63,710 bases of DNA, filler included, from Chiloscyllium plagiosum (GCF_004010195.1; 7 parts of one record of this genome joined end to end with filler, not necessarily neighbours in it), one strand, 5' to 3'; counted from the whole stretch's first letter, positions 50,258 to 63,489 are shown. A program made the numbers and translations. The notes: generated from the sequence alone by a model not told the origin.

Positions 50258-53200
50258 TTGTGAGGACTGTAGATGCTGGAGATTAGTGTCAAAAGGTGTG
50301 GTGCTGGAAAAGCACAGCCGGTCAGGCAGTATCCTGGGGCGGAACAGTGGTTAGCATTTATGCCTCACAGCACCAGGGCCTCGGGTTCGATTCCAACCTC
50401 GGGTGTGAATTTGCACCTTTTCCCCATGTCTGCATAGGTTTCCTCTCACACATCCAAAGATGTGCAGGTTAGATGAATTGGCCAAAGCTAAATTGCCCAT
50501 AGTGTTAGGTGCTTTAGTCAGAGGGAAATGAGTCTGGATGGGTTACTCTTCGGAGGGTCAGTGTGGACTTGTTAGGCCCATACTGTAGGAAATCTAATCT
50601 AATCTAATCCGAGGAGCAGGAGAGTCGGCGTTTCAAGCATAAGCTCTTCATCAGGAAGCTGGGGGGAGGTGCGAAGGGGGCTGAGAGATAAATGGGAGGG
50701 GGTGGGCTGGGTGGGGAGAAGTAGCTAGGAAGGCACTAGGTTGCTGAAGGTGGGGGTTGATAGGTTGGAGTGGATAGGTGGGAAGGAAGACGGACAAGTA
50801 GGACAGTTCAAGAGGGTGGTACAGAATTGGAGGCTTGGATCTGGCGTGAGAGGAAGGGAGATGAGGAAACTGGTGAAATCGACATTGATCCTGTGTGGTT
50901 GGAGGGTCCCAAGACGGAAGATGAGGCATTCTTCCTCTCAGTGTCGAGTGGCTTGGATTTGGCGGTGGAGGAGGCCCAGGACTTGCGTGCCTTTGGCAGA
51001 GAGGGAGGAGGAGTTAAAGTGGTCGGCGACAAGACAATGGGGTGGTTTAGTGCGTGTCACTGCGATGTTCTCTGAAAAGTTCTACACGTTGGCATCCTGT
51101 CTTTGCAATGTAGAAGAGACCACATCGAGAGCAACGGACACAATAGTTGAGGTGTTTGGATGTGGAGGAAATTCTCTGCTGGATGTGGAAGGATCCTTTG
51201 GGGTCTTGGATAGATGTAAAGTGGGGAGATGTGGGAGTAGGGTTGACACTTCTTGCGGTGGCAAGGGAAGGTGCCAGGAGCGGACGGTAGATTGGTGGGA
51301 GGGATGAACCTAACGAGGGAGTCACAGAGGGAACTGTCTCAACAGAATGCTGAAAGGGGTGGGGAGGAAAATATATCTCTGGTGATGGGGTCTGATTGCA
51401 GTTGATGGAAATGGCGGAGGTTAATGCACTGTGTCCAGAGATTAGTGGGGTGGAAGGTGAGATCCTTGTTGCGGTTGGAGGGGGTGGGGTTCAAGGGTAG
51501 AGGTGGAGAAGATATGCTGGAGGGCATTATTGATCACTTGGATGGGGAAATTGTGGTCCTTGAAACAGGAGGCCATCTAGGATGTCCTACAGTGAAATTG
51601 CTGCTCCTGGAGTAGATGCAGTGGAGGTGGAGGAACTGGGAGTAAGGGATCACATTTTTACAGGAGGGTGGGTAGGAGGAGGTGACGTCCAGGTATCTTT
51701 GGGAATCAGTGGGTCTGAAATTGATATCCATGTTGAGTCGATCACCGGAAATGGACATGGAGAGGTCCAGGAAGGGAAGGGAGATGTCCGAGATGATCCA
51801 GGTGAACTTCAGGTCAGGGTAGAATGTGTAAGTGAAGTTGATGAACTGTTCAACCTCCTCAAGGGAGCAGGAGGTGGCACCAATACAGTCATCAATGTAG
51901 CGGAGGAAAAAGTAGGGGATGGTGTCAGTGTAACTGGGGAAAATGGACTGCTCCACATAGCCGACAAAGAGGTAGGCAAAGCTGGGGCCCATGCTGATGC
52001 CCATGGCTACTCCTGTGGTCTGAAGGAAGTCGGAGGATCCAAAATAGAAGCTGTTGAGGGTGAAGACCAGATCTGCCAATCAAATGAGTGTGTTGGGGGA
52101 GGGGTACGGTTAGGTCAGTGCGAGAGGAAGAAACGGAGAGTTTGGAGGCATTCGCCATGGTGGATGGACGTGTATCGGGACTGGATGTCCACTATGAAGA
52201 TGGGGCATTGGGGACCAGGGAAACAAAAGTCATGGAGGAGGTGAAAAGCATGTGTGGTGCCCCGAATGTACATGGATAGTTCCTGTACCCAAAGGGGTAC
52301 AGGATGGTGTCGAGATGTGAGGAGATACTTCATCATAGAGTCATAGAATCCCTACAGTGTGGAAACAGGCCTTTCAGCCCAACATGTCCACACCAACCCT
52401 GCGAAGAGTTGCCCACCCAGACCCATTCTCCGAACCTATTACTCTACATTTACCCTGAACTGGCACATCTCTGAACACTATGGGCAATTTAGCATGGCCA
52501 ATTCACCTAACCTGCACATCTTTGGATTGTGGGAGGAAACCGGAGCCCCCGGTGGAAACCGACGCAGAAACGGGGAGAATGTGCAAACTCCACACAGACA
52601 GTTGCTCGAGGCTGGATTCAAACCGAAGTCCCTGGCACTGTGAAGCAGCACTGCTCACCACTGAGCCACCACGCCACCCAACTTCAGTGGGGCAGGAGCA
52701 GGTGGAGATGAAAGGTCGACTGGGGCAGTCAGGTTTGGGTAAGAGGTAGTACTGGGTGGTGCAGGGTTCCAGGACTATGAGATTGGAAGTTGTGGATGGG
52801 AGATCTCCTGAGCTGATGAGGTTTTGGATGGTCTGGGAGATAATGGTTTGGTGATGGGAGGTCAGGTTGTGGTCAAGAGGGCAGTAGGAGGAGGTATCCC
52901 TGAGTTGGTGCCTGGCTTCAGCTATATAGAGGTTGTTGTGCCAAACTACCACTGTGCCCCCACCCCACCTCCCACCTTGTCCACTGCTTTAATGATGAGA
53001 TTGGGGTTGGAGTGGAGGAAGTAGAAGGCTGCGCTTTGCGAAGGTGAGAATGTGAAGGGCAGTGGCTGAGAGCGGTGGACAGGTTGAGGTGGTCAATGTC
53101 ACGGAAGCAGTTGGAGATAAAGAGGTCGAGGGGGGATAACAGAGCAGCATGGGGTGTCCAGTGGATGGAGTATGTTAGAGGTGGAAGAAGGGTGGGAGTC

Positions 53201-54158
53201 ACGACTGAAAAAGTAAGCATGGAGGCAGAGGTAGTGAAAAGAAAGGTTTGATATCACAACACCTATGGGACCCATTGATCCGGGAGTGTAATCGGATGAA
53301 GGTGAGACCTTTACTAAGGAGTGATCGCTCATTCTTAGTGAGGAGAAGTTCTCAGGGGATGGTAAAAATCCAGCAGGGCTGGGGACTGGGGCCTGGTGTA
53401 GAGCTGGAGTTTGCAGTGGGGGTGTACACCGTCTCTGGAGTGGGGGTGTCATGTGATCAGGGTGTGGTCATGGGTGACATCACCAGAGGAATTGACATAA
53501 ACTGCGGCAGACGTTCCATGTGGCATTCGTGTTCATGGTGTCTTTGGTAGTGGTGTTCTTGGCTGCAGCTGCGGAGGTGACATGGTTGGCAGAGCTACAG
53601 TGAGTGATGTCAACAGAGGTAGAAGTGTCTCATGCAGTGGCAACCATGGGAGCAGAAGCGGTGCTTTTCGCAGCGTGTGCAGGGGCAGTATGGTAATTGG
53701 CGGTGTTTTGGTGAGTGATGTCAGTGAGGATGGAAATGACATAGTCCGCACCTTTTGTGGAAGTGTCAGTATCAGATATTACTGCAGCATTCTCGGAGGT
53801 GGTAGTTCTATGGTAATTGTGGTGGTGATCGTGGAGGTGTATGCTCGGTGGTGACCGTGGTCCATGGAGCTGCGGGGCAGAAGTGATGTCATCATTTGCA
53901 ATGGTAATGGTGGCTGTAGCAGCCTCATAGATAATAGCATTCAACCGGTTCTGGAAGTCGGGTGAAGGGTCTGGAGTTGTCGAGGAATCCCAGGTTTGGA
54001 GATAAGTACGTGACAGTTTGGTTTACTTACATACCTTGATGTCTGATACGATAGAGGAAAATCATTTGTTGAGTGTGTGGATCCATCTCAGGATGAAGAA
54101 CAGCTGAGGTCTTTTCCAGGTCTGGGAGAGTGTGGCCCTAACTGGGGCAAGGCTGACT
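50258..54158 (-). mobile_element. Near-complete Penelope-like element (pLTR, GIY-YIG, RT, N-terminus) with HE1 SINE insertions at about 50338-50610 and 52335-52677
   Basis: GVAMGISMGPSFA..FLRYIDDC, YCVRCSRCGLFYIAKTG, hammerhead motif at 50622-50657. Confidence 0.88.
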
Positions 54159-54637
54159 ACCCTTTAATCACTAATGGTCATTTGAGTGGGAGCAGCGGCC
54201 GAGTAAAGGCGAACCCGGGAGACTACAGCTAAGGTAAGACAGTTTGTTTCAAAATTACTTACCTGTAGCGGGCAGCGGTGTTTTTTTTCTCTCTCTTCAC
54301 AAAAGAGCGGGAGCAGCAGAGGAAGTGACGGCAAACAGAGGGGCAGCCGGGAAGGAGAACTGTGAGTATAAATACTCACCCTTTAATCACCAACGGTCAT
54401 TTGAGTGGGAGCAGCGGCCGAGTAAAGGCGAACCCGGGAGACTACAGCTAAGGTAAAACAGTTTGTTTCAAAATTACTTAACTGTAGCGGGCAGCGGTGT
54501 TTTTTATTCTCTCTTCACAAAAAGAGCGGGAGCAGCAGAGGAAGTGACGGCAAACAGAGGGGCAGCCGGGAAGGAGAACTGTGAGTATAAATACTCACCC
54601 TTTAATCACCAACGGTCATTTGAGTGGGAGCAGCGGA
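54159..54637 (+). repeat. 219-bp tandem repeat, about 2.2 copies
   Basis: Units start at 54159, 54378 and 54597 and are near identical. Confidence 0.95.
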
Positions 54638-54783
54638 AGTGAGGTTGGAGCGCATAGCTGGGCGGGAAGGTAAGCGATTAGTANNNNNNNNNNNNNNNNN
54701 NNNNNNNNNNNNNNNNNNNNNNNNNNNTTAATTAATTAANNNNNNNNNNNNNNNNNNNNNNNNNNNNNNNNNNNNNNNNNNNN

Positions 54784-55125
54784 AGGGGTGACTTGATAGA
54801 GGTGTATAAGATGATCAGAGGACTAGATAGAGTAGACAGTCAGAAACTTTTTCCCCGGGTACAACAGAGTGTTACAAGGGGACATAAATTTAAGGTGAAG
54901 GGTGGAAGGTATAGGGGAGATGTCAGGGGTGGGTTCTTTACCCAGAGAGTGGTGGGGGCATGGAATGCGCTGCCTGTGGGAGTGGTAGAGTCGGAATCAT
55001 TGGCGACCTTTAAGCGGCATTTGGATAGGTACATGGATGGGTACTTAATCTAGGTTAGAAGGTCGGCACAACATCGTGGGCCGAAGGGCCTGTTCTGCGC
55101 TGTATTGTTCTATGTTCTATGTTCT
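54784..55125 (+). mobile_element. Young CR1 3' end
   Basis: Intact ORF2 terminus and (ATGTTCT)n tail. Confidence 0.92.
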
Positions 55126-55429
55126 ACAGAGAGTGTAGGTGGTGGCGCATGGTTGCGAGCGTGGAGCGGAGGATCCAGAGGAAGATCCGTTTTTGGAGAC
55201 TTTGGATTTGCTGTAGGTAGTGGTTGTCCCAGTCAGGTCCAAATTGTAATGGTCTGAATATAGTCTGGAGTCCACGGGGGATAAGTCAGTTGCATAGACA
55301 GGTACTTAGGAAGAGACATGGCTGTAGTAGTGGGTCTGTTTCAGGACATGGTTGAAGGGGTGCAGTGCAAAAGGAGATGACCTGGGTTGGGGGGTGGGTG
55401 GGGGAGTGGGGTAATAGAAGCGAGAGAGG

Positions 55430-56112
55430 GACTCATTGTGATCCTTGTGGAGGGAGGAGGAGAACTTCTTCAAGGTCCACACCTCTCCCCTCACCTCTAT
55501 CCAAGGCCCCAGAGGATCTTTTCACATCCAACAGAGATTTTCCTACATATCCAAACACCTCATTTACTGTATACATTGCACTCGACGTGGTCTCCTCTAC
55601 ACTGGGGAGGCAGGACGCCAACTCGCAGAATGTTTCAGGGAACATCCTTGTGACACATGCACCAAACAACCCCACCACCCTGTGGCCGACCACTTCAACT
55701 CCCCCTCCCACATGCAAGTCCTGGGCCTCCTCCACCACCAAATCCAAGCTACTCAGCGACTGGAGAAAAAACAGCTCAACTTCCATCTTGGGACCCCTGA
55801 ACAACATAGAAGTAATGTTGACTTCCTAATCTGCCCTCCCCTCACCTCATCCCAGAACTAACCCTCCAACTCGGCACTGCACTCTTGACCTGTCCCACCT
55901 GTCCGCTCAACCCTCCCCTCTGACTTATCACTATCACCCCCACCTGCATCTACCTATCTTCCCCCGCCCTCCCTCACACTCTCCCAAATTCCTGATGAAG
56001 GGCTAATGCCAGAAACATTGACTCTCCTGCTCCTTGGATGCTGTCTGACCTGCTGTGCTTTTCTAGCACCACAATTTTCGACTCTGACCTCCAGCATCTG
56101 CAGTCCTCACTT
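55430..56112 (+). mobile_element. Inverted GIY-YIG + pLTR copy of the Penelope-like element
   Basis: LIYCIHCTRRGLLYTGEAGR; hammerhead core at 55992-56016; inverted relative to 50258-51300. Confidence 0.82.
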
Positions 56113-56119
56113 ACTCTGA

Positions 56120-56930
56120 GAAAGTACAATGGCCAAATTTGGTCAGAGGAATGGAAATGCAACTTATTATCGAAATGGAGAGAAACTTTAGAGTGCTTTG
56201 GCGCAGAGGGATCTGGATATCCTTGTGCATTAATTCCAGAAAACAGGCATGCAGGTATAACAGTGATACATTTTGGCTCTATTACTAAAGAAATAGATGC
56301 ACAAGTAGAGAAGTGTTACTGAATCTCTACAAGACATTCGTGAGACCATACCCGGAGTACTCACCACCCTGCCCCCACCCCCTGCTCCCCCTACACCCAC
56401 CCCCAGTCCTGAAAAAGGGTTACACCCGAAAACCAACTTTTCCACCTCCTGATTCTGCCCGAGTTTCTGTGTTTTTCCAGCCTCCTGCCTGTCTACTCCA
56501 GACATGAAGGGTTTGTCTTCTGAAGAGACATTGAGCAATTTACACTTATATTCTCTGGAGTTTAGAAGAATCAGAGGAAATCTAATTAAAGTATACAAGA
56601 TGTAAAGGGGATTGACAAAGTAGACATAAAAAGGATGTTTCCTCATCGGAGACAATCTAGAATGAGAGGTCATAGTTTTAGGACAGTTTTAGCAGATTGA
56701 AAACAGAGATGAGGAGAAAGGTTTGTGAACATGTGGTGATGGATATCAGGACATTGAATAAATTTGGGGGGATAGACTGGTTTTTAATTAGTTATGGATT
56801 GAACGGCTATGAAGAGTGGGTAGGAAAGTGGAGTTGAGGCTGAGATTAGATCAGCCATAATCATATTAAATGGAGCAAGCTCAAGGGGTGAAATGGCCCT
56901 TTCCTGATCCTAGTTCATATGTTTCCACGC
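56120..56930 (+). mobile_element. Old CR1 3' part with pLTR insert
   Basis: LYKTFVRPYPEY, LYSLEFRRIRGNLI. Confidence 0.75.
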
Positions 56931-56934
56931 ACCA

Positions 56935-58935
56935 AATGATTGCAGTGGGCAGTTGAATGTTCCTCCTTCAGAATGTGTGAGGTAAGGGTCACCACTAGTG
57001 TTCCTGTTGGCTACATCTGCGGGAAGTGCACCCTTAACCAGCTCCTCGAAAACCCCGTTAGGGAACTGGAGCTACAGCTGGATGAACTTTGGATTATTTG
57101 GGAGGCAGAAGGGGTTATTGAGAAGAGTTACAGGGAGGTAGTCACTCCTAAGGTACAAGAAAAAGGCAGATGGGTTACAGTCAAGGGACGGAAAGGGAAC
57201 CGGCAGGCAGTGCAGGGATCTCCTGTGGCCATTCCCCTCAACAATAAGTATACCGTTTTGGATATTGTTGCGGGGGGGGGGACCTACAAGGGGAAAGCAG
57301 TGGGGTACATAATTAGGACTCCATAATTAGGGGGACAGATAGGAGGTTCTGTGGGGACGAGAAAGACTCAAGGTTGGTGTATTACCTCCCAGATGCCAGG
57401 GTTCGTGATGTCTCTGATCATGTTTTTGGGATCCTTAAGGGGGAGAGGGAGCAGCCCCAAGTCGTGGTCCACATAGGCACCAACGACATAGGTAGGAAGA
57501 GAGATGGGGATTTAAGGCAGAAATTCAGGGAGCTAGGATGGAAGCTTAGAGCTAGGACGAACAGAGTTGTTGTCTCTAGTTTGTTGCCCGTGCCACGTGC
57601 TAGTGAGGCATGGAATAGGGAGAGAGAGGAGTTGAACATGTGACTATAGAGATGGTGCAGGAGGGAGGGTTGTGGATTCTTGGATAATTGGGGCTCTTTC
57701 TGGGGTAGGTGGGACCTCTACAAGCAGGATGGTCTTCATCTAAACCACAGGGATACCAATATCCTGGGGGGGATATTCGCTAAGGCTATTGGGGTGGGTT
57801 TAAACTAATCCAGCAGGGAGATGGGAACAAAAATTGTAGTTCGAGTATAGAAGAGATTGAGAGTAGGGAGGTCCGAAATCAAGTTTCAGGGACGCAAGAT
57901 GACACCGGCAAGCAAGAAGTTGGTTTGAAGTGTGCCTACTTCAACGCCATCCGGAATAAGGTTGGTGAACTTGCAGCATGGGTTGGTACCTGGGACTTCG
58001 ATGTTGTGGCCATTTCGGAGACATGGATCGAGCAGGAACAGGAATGGTTGCAGGTTCCAGGATTTAGATGTTTCAGTAAGAACAGAGAAGATGGTAAAAG
58101 AGGGGGAGGTGTGGCATTGTTGGTCAAGGACAGTATTACAGTTGCAGAAAGGATGTTTGGTGACTCGTCAACTGAGGTAGAATGGGCTGAGGTTAGAAAC
58201 AGGAAAGGAGAGGTCACCCTGTTGGGAGTTTTCTATAGGCCTCCAAATAGTTCCAGAGATGTAGAGGAAAGGATAGCAAAGATGATTCTCGATAGGAGTG
58301 AGAGAGACAGGGTAGTTGTCATGGGGGACTTCAACTTTCCAAATATTGACTGGGAACACTATAATACGAGTACTATAGATGGGTCAGTTTTTGTCCAGTG
58401 TGTGCAGGAGGGCTTCCTGACACAGTATGTAGACAGGCCAACAAGGGGCGAAGCCACATTAGCTTTGGTACTGGGTAATGAGCCCGGCCAGGTGTTAGAC
58501 TTGGAAGTAGGTGAGCACTTTGGAGATAGCGATCACAATTCTGTTATGTTTACTTTAGTGATAGAAAGGGATAGGTGTGTACCACTGGGCAAGAGTTACA
58601 GCTGGGGGAAAGGCAATTACGATGCGATTAGGCAAGATTTAGGAAGCATAGGATGGGGAAGGAAACTGCAGGGATGGGCACACTAGAAATGTGGAGCTTA
58701 TTTAAGGAAAAGCTCCTGATAAGTAAGTACCTGTCAGGCAGGGAGGAAGCTGTAGAGCGTGGGAGCCATGGTTTACGAAGGATGTGGAATCTCTGGTCAA
58801 GTGGAAAAAGAAGGCTTATGTTTGGATGAGATGTGAAGGCTTAGTTAGGACGCTTGAGGGTTACAAGGTAGCCAGGAAAGACCTAAAGAGAGAGCTCAGA
58901 AGAGCCAGGAGGAGACATGAGAAGTTGTTGGCGGA
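56935..58935 (+). mobile_element. CR1 5' half: ORF1 (zinc finger, SGNH esterase) and ORF2 APE endonuclease
   Basis: CSSFRMC..CGKC, VHIGTND, DGLHL; VAISETW, YRPPNS, MGDFNFP, GDSDHN. Confidence 0.92.
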
Positions 58936-59219
58936 TAGGAAACCACGACAAGCAGACAAAACACAGCCAGAAACCCTAACCACCTTACCATATATCAAAG
59001 AAGTTTCAGAAATGACAGCCAGACTACTGAGACCCCTCGGAATCCTAGTAGCACACAAACCCACCAACACTCTCAAACAAAAACTAACAAACTTAAAAGA
59101 CCCAGTACAACCCATGGACAAAACCAACGTCATCTACAAAATTCCATGCAAGGACTGCCACAAACACTAAATAGGACAAACAGGAAGAAGGTTAGCCACC
59201 AGGATTCATGAACACCAGC
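58936..59219 (+). mobile_element. Penelope-like linker/GIY-YIG start (same family as 4781-5232)
   Basis: TLPYIKEVSE..AHKPTNTL..NVIYKIPCKDC. Confidence 0.88.
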
Positions 59220-59319
59220 NNNNNNNNNNNNNNNNNNNNNNNNNNNNNNNNNNNNNNNNNNNNTTAATTAATTAANNNNNNNNNNNNNNNNNNNNNNNNN
59301 NNNNNNNNNNNNNNNNNNN

Positions 59320-59750
59320 AAGGACATGCAGGTCCTTGGCCTCCTCCATCGCCAGACCATAGCAACACGACGGCTGGAGGAAGAGCCCCTCATCTTCCGC
59401 CTAGGAACTCGCCAACCACAAGGAATGAATGTAGATTTCTCCAGCTTTCTCATTTACACTCCCCCACCTTTTCTCAGTCCCAACCCTCAGACTCAGCACC
59501 GCCTTCTTGACCTGCAGTCTTCTTCCCGATCTCTCCACCCCCACCCCTCTCCGGCCTATCACCCTCACCTTAACCTCCTTCCACCTATCGCCTTCCCAAT
59601 GCCCCTCCCCCAAGTCCCTCCTCCCTACCTTTTATCTTAGCCTGCTTGGCACACCTTCCTCATTCCTGAAGCAGGGTTTATGCCTGAAACAGCAATTCTC
59701 CTGCTCCTTGGATGCTACCTGACCTGCTGCGCTTTTCCAGCAACATATTT
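59320..59750 (+). mobile_element. Penelope-like GIY-YIG C-terminus and pLTR
   Basis: RRLEEEPLIFRLGTRQPQGMNVDFSSF; degraded hammerhead near 59665. Confidence 0.85.
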
Positions 59751-61479
59751 TTTAAGGCTACCATTAGGCCAAGGCTGCTCTTGATAAGATGGGTCCCACT
59801 GTCTTGGTGATTTCAAATAAACAGGTACCAATATAAAATGTACCTGAGGTTTCAAAATTAAATCCAATACTTCTAGGCCTCAACTCGCTGGTAAACTGTT
59901 ATGAACAAAAAAGATCTGCTAAATGCTGCAGTAGATATGGAAATTAACCATTAGGCCATTCTTTTCTAATGTAAATGACTTGATGTAAAATGAATCAAAA
60001 ACTGAGCTGAAGGCCTGTTCTGTTCCCTTTCAGGCCAAATCTTCACCTTTTACTATTCTAAAGGCCCTTTGTTATTCAAATCAAAAAGATGAGCTCGGTT
60101 TGAAAGGCTCTATAATAACCACCCTCATCTTCCTTCAACCCAGGCAAACAAACCGGAATAGAATTTGCAGCTTTCAACTGATTAACTTTCGACTTCTTTT
60201 TTAAAAAGGTCCAGAAAAACAGAATACAACTCAATGGATGTTGACACCATGATTCCACACTTTTCCCCACAGAATCATGGCACACTTATGTGAATGCGCA
60301 GACAGCGGGCAAGGAAGAGATGGCAGCACAGTTTTAATGTCACTGGGGAACATGGGCTCTAGTCCCACCACAATTAGTGTATCTGGAATACTGCCTCAGT
60401 CCAGGCCAAAACAGGGATCGCCGGCTAGTAAAAGGACTTTAGTTTCTCTTAAAGAACTGCAGATGCTGGAAACCCTAACCAAGATCAGATATTGCTGGAA
60501 AAACTCAGCAGGTCAAGCAGCATCTGTGGAGAGAAAACACAGTCAACAGTTTGGGTCCAGTAACTATTCATCAGAACTTGTCTGTTTCACTCACGGTCAC
60601 ATGGAGTGCTTACCTAGTCTGGTTTACATATGTAATTAGACACATGGTTGATTCCTATGAAGCAAAGAACTGTGGGTGCTGGAAATCTAAAAGAGAAATT
60701 ATTGGAGACGTTCTCTTCACAGACTTGCTGAGTTTTTCCAGCAATTTTGTTCTGGTTTAGTTGACTCCTATCTGCCCTCTGAAATAGCATTCCATTCAAG
60801 AGCAGTTGGGCAGTGAATGCTGGTCTTGCTAGTGATGCCCTAATCCCATGAAATACTAAAACAAAGACAGCCACTTGCTCTGAAGGACAACGCAGACTCA
60901 ATTCAGTTAGTCCACACGTGGTCTCTTTCTCTGCCACAGCTCTGCAATGGTCTCTCTCTAACTCTTTGTCCAAAACTTACCACTGACTCAGCTTCCACTA
61001 TCCTGGCAGACAATGCATTCCTGATCATGGATTGCATTAAAACATTCTCTGTAGCCACTGATTGATTCAAGATTATGACAAAACAGTATCCTCCTATTGC
61101 AATCCACTGTTTTTTAAAATTCACACATGGGATATGGGCGTTGCTGGCTGGTTAGCATTTACTGCCCATTCCCAATTGTCATTGAATTGAATTGAATTTA
61201 TTGTCACATGTACCAAGACACAGTGAAAAGCTTTGCCTTGTGAGCAATACAGGCTGTTCAGAGTTAAGTAGCATAGCTAATTAAATAATAGGTAAACAGC
61301 AGCAAAAACAAAAACAATACAGGTACAGGCGAATGTTAAGTGTTTGTGAGTCCATTCAGTATTCTAACAACAGTAGGGTAGAAACTGTTATGAACTGTTT
61401 TCTTGAACCGCTGTAGCCCAAATACTGTAGGCAGAGGCAGGATGTCATTGAAGGAGGGATTTCAGGATTTTGACCAGGG

Positions 61480-62860
61480 ATTTTGAACAGTGATGTAACA
61501 GAAACAGGGTCTGTAAAAAGGGAGGTGGTGTAGCAATCTTAGTCAAAGATCTTAATATGTTCTTTAATAAGATGTAGTTCCTGAATTAAAACCTATATTG
61601 TTGCAGATGAGAAACAGGAAGGGAGCAGTGTTCTAGTTGGCAATTTATTATAGACCCCCCGAAATAGTGAGGCATTGTGGGAGTTTGGGGGAGGGGAAGG
61701 GGGGCAGGAGGGTTTGGAGTTGCTAAAGACAGCACTTGTAGGCAGATTATGGAAATCTGCTGGACAAGGAGAGTTGTGATCATTGGTGTTCCAATTACCT
61801 ATTTTCCCAGTGTAAGAGTCTGGAGCAGGAAAGGGACGAAATTCCTGAAATGCGCAGGAGAACTTTCTGGAACAGTACATTTCGAATCCTACCACCAGTG
61901 GCAGCTATGTTGGATCTCAGGCATGAGGCAGGCCATGTGGAGAACAGAGTGGGAGAGCATTTAGGAAATAGTGATCATAATATTAAGTTGGAAAAGAATT
62001 TTTCCAAAAAAGTCAATAATTAAAACTCCAATCTGGAAAAGGAACAGACTTTAGGTGTCTAAAAGTTAAACTGGTGTAGGTTGATTTGAAACACATTTTA
62101 GTGAAAGAAACAATGGATGAAAAATGGGAGATTTTCAAAAGAGATGAATCGTGTGCAAGCTAGATACATGCTCATGAGAAATAAATTCAGGGTTTCCAAA
62201 TCATCCTGGACGATTCAGGATATTGATGAGAAAATAAAGAAAAAGACAGCATATGATGCCTAGCAGAATAATAGCAAAACAAAAAGCAGGAAAATACCTC
62301 AAATGTTCGAGAGAGACTAAGGCTGGAATAAGTAAGGAAGGCTTAGAGGAAGCATAAGGGTGTCAGACTGCACTAAAACAAATTGTAAATGCTCTTCAAA
62401 CATATTCATCATAAAAGATTAAGGTGAGAGGTAGGGTGGAACCCATGAGGAATAAACAGGATGAGCTGCTCACTGAAAAGGGTTTGGCCAAGGTACGAAA
62501 TGAGTACTTTCCTTCGGTCTTCAAATCAGAAAATGGAGGCAATGGCCCTGTTGAACATATGGGGGTTGAGCAACTGAGCAGTGTGATGGTAAATGAAGAA
62601 GCGATGCTAATAAGGTTGGCAGCACTCCAGGTAGAGAAGTCACCAGGCCAGGATTGGATGCATCCTAGATTGCTGAGGGAGGTAAAAAGACCAAAATTGT
62701 GGAGTTGTTGACAGAAGTTTTCCAGGTATCTCTGAACACAGGATTTACCCCAGGGGACAGAAGGACTGCAAAATGTAACAGTGTTGTTTAAGAAAGGGGG
62801 AAATAATATCCCAGGAAACTACAAACCTGTTAACTTGACATCAATAGTGGGAGCCAGTAC
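61480..62860 (+). mobile_element. Old CR1 ORF2 fragment
   Basis: IYYRPP, GNSDHN, KSPGQDWMHPRLL, NYKPVNLTS. Confidence 0.75.
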
Positions 62861-62909
62861 AAACACAATGGGTTGCATTGCCTCCTTCCATACAGTAAAA
62901 TACAATGGT

Positions 62910-63470
62910 TCTACCTTTTCAATTCAGGATGGTGAGTGACGCGGAGGGCAACTTGCCTTCTCCTGTATCTGCTGCTACTGTCTTTCCAGATGAGTGGCTG
63001 TGTTTTTGGGAGGTGCTGTCTAAGGAGCCTTGGTGAATTTTCAGAACTGCCTCCTGTAAAAGTGCATTCTGCTGCTACTGAATGACAGTGGTGGTGGGAA
63101 TGGATGTGGTGCCAAGCGAGCGGGGGCTGCCTTCTCTTGGATGGTGTCAAGCTTAGAGGGTTGTTGGAGCTGCAGTCATTCAGACAAGTGGGCACTATTC
63201 CATCACACTCCTGACTTGTGCCTTTCGATGGTGGGCAGGCTTTGGGAGTCAGGAGGTGAGTTCATCACTTCTATATTCCTAGCTTCTGACCTGCTCTTGT
63301 AGTCACTGCATTTATGTGGCTTGGTTAGTTCAGTTTCTGGTCAGTGGTAAAACACAGGATGTTGATAGTAAAGCATTCACTGCTGGATATGCTACTGAAA
63401 TGTCAAGGGTCAGTGATTATATGGTCTCTTGTTCAGATGAGCATTGTCTGGCATGAACATTAATTGCCAC
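62910..63470 (-). mobile_element. LINE RT C-terminus (family with the tail seen at 6935)
   Basis: Minus strand reads RKAQVRSVMEYxPL-like motif and SPRLLRQHLP. Confidence 0.55.
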
Positions 63471-63489
63471 TGAGGAGCTCCTGATGATG

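Noticed and set aside
53560..53944. Thr/Ala-rich ORF as a mucin PTS exon
   Set aside because: It lies collinear inside the Penelope-like element N-terminus and has no splice signals.
60076..60639. ORFs of 69-120 aa in mostly unique sequence
   Set aside because: No recognisable motif; partly PLE terminal repeat; no consistent splice structure.
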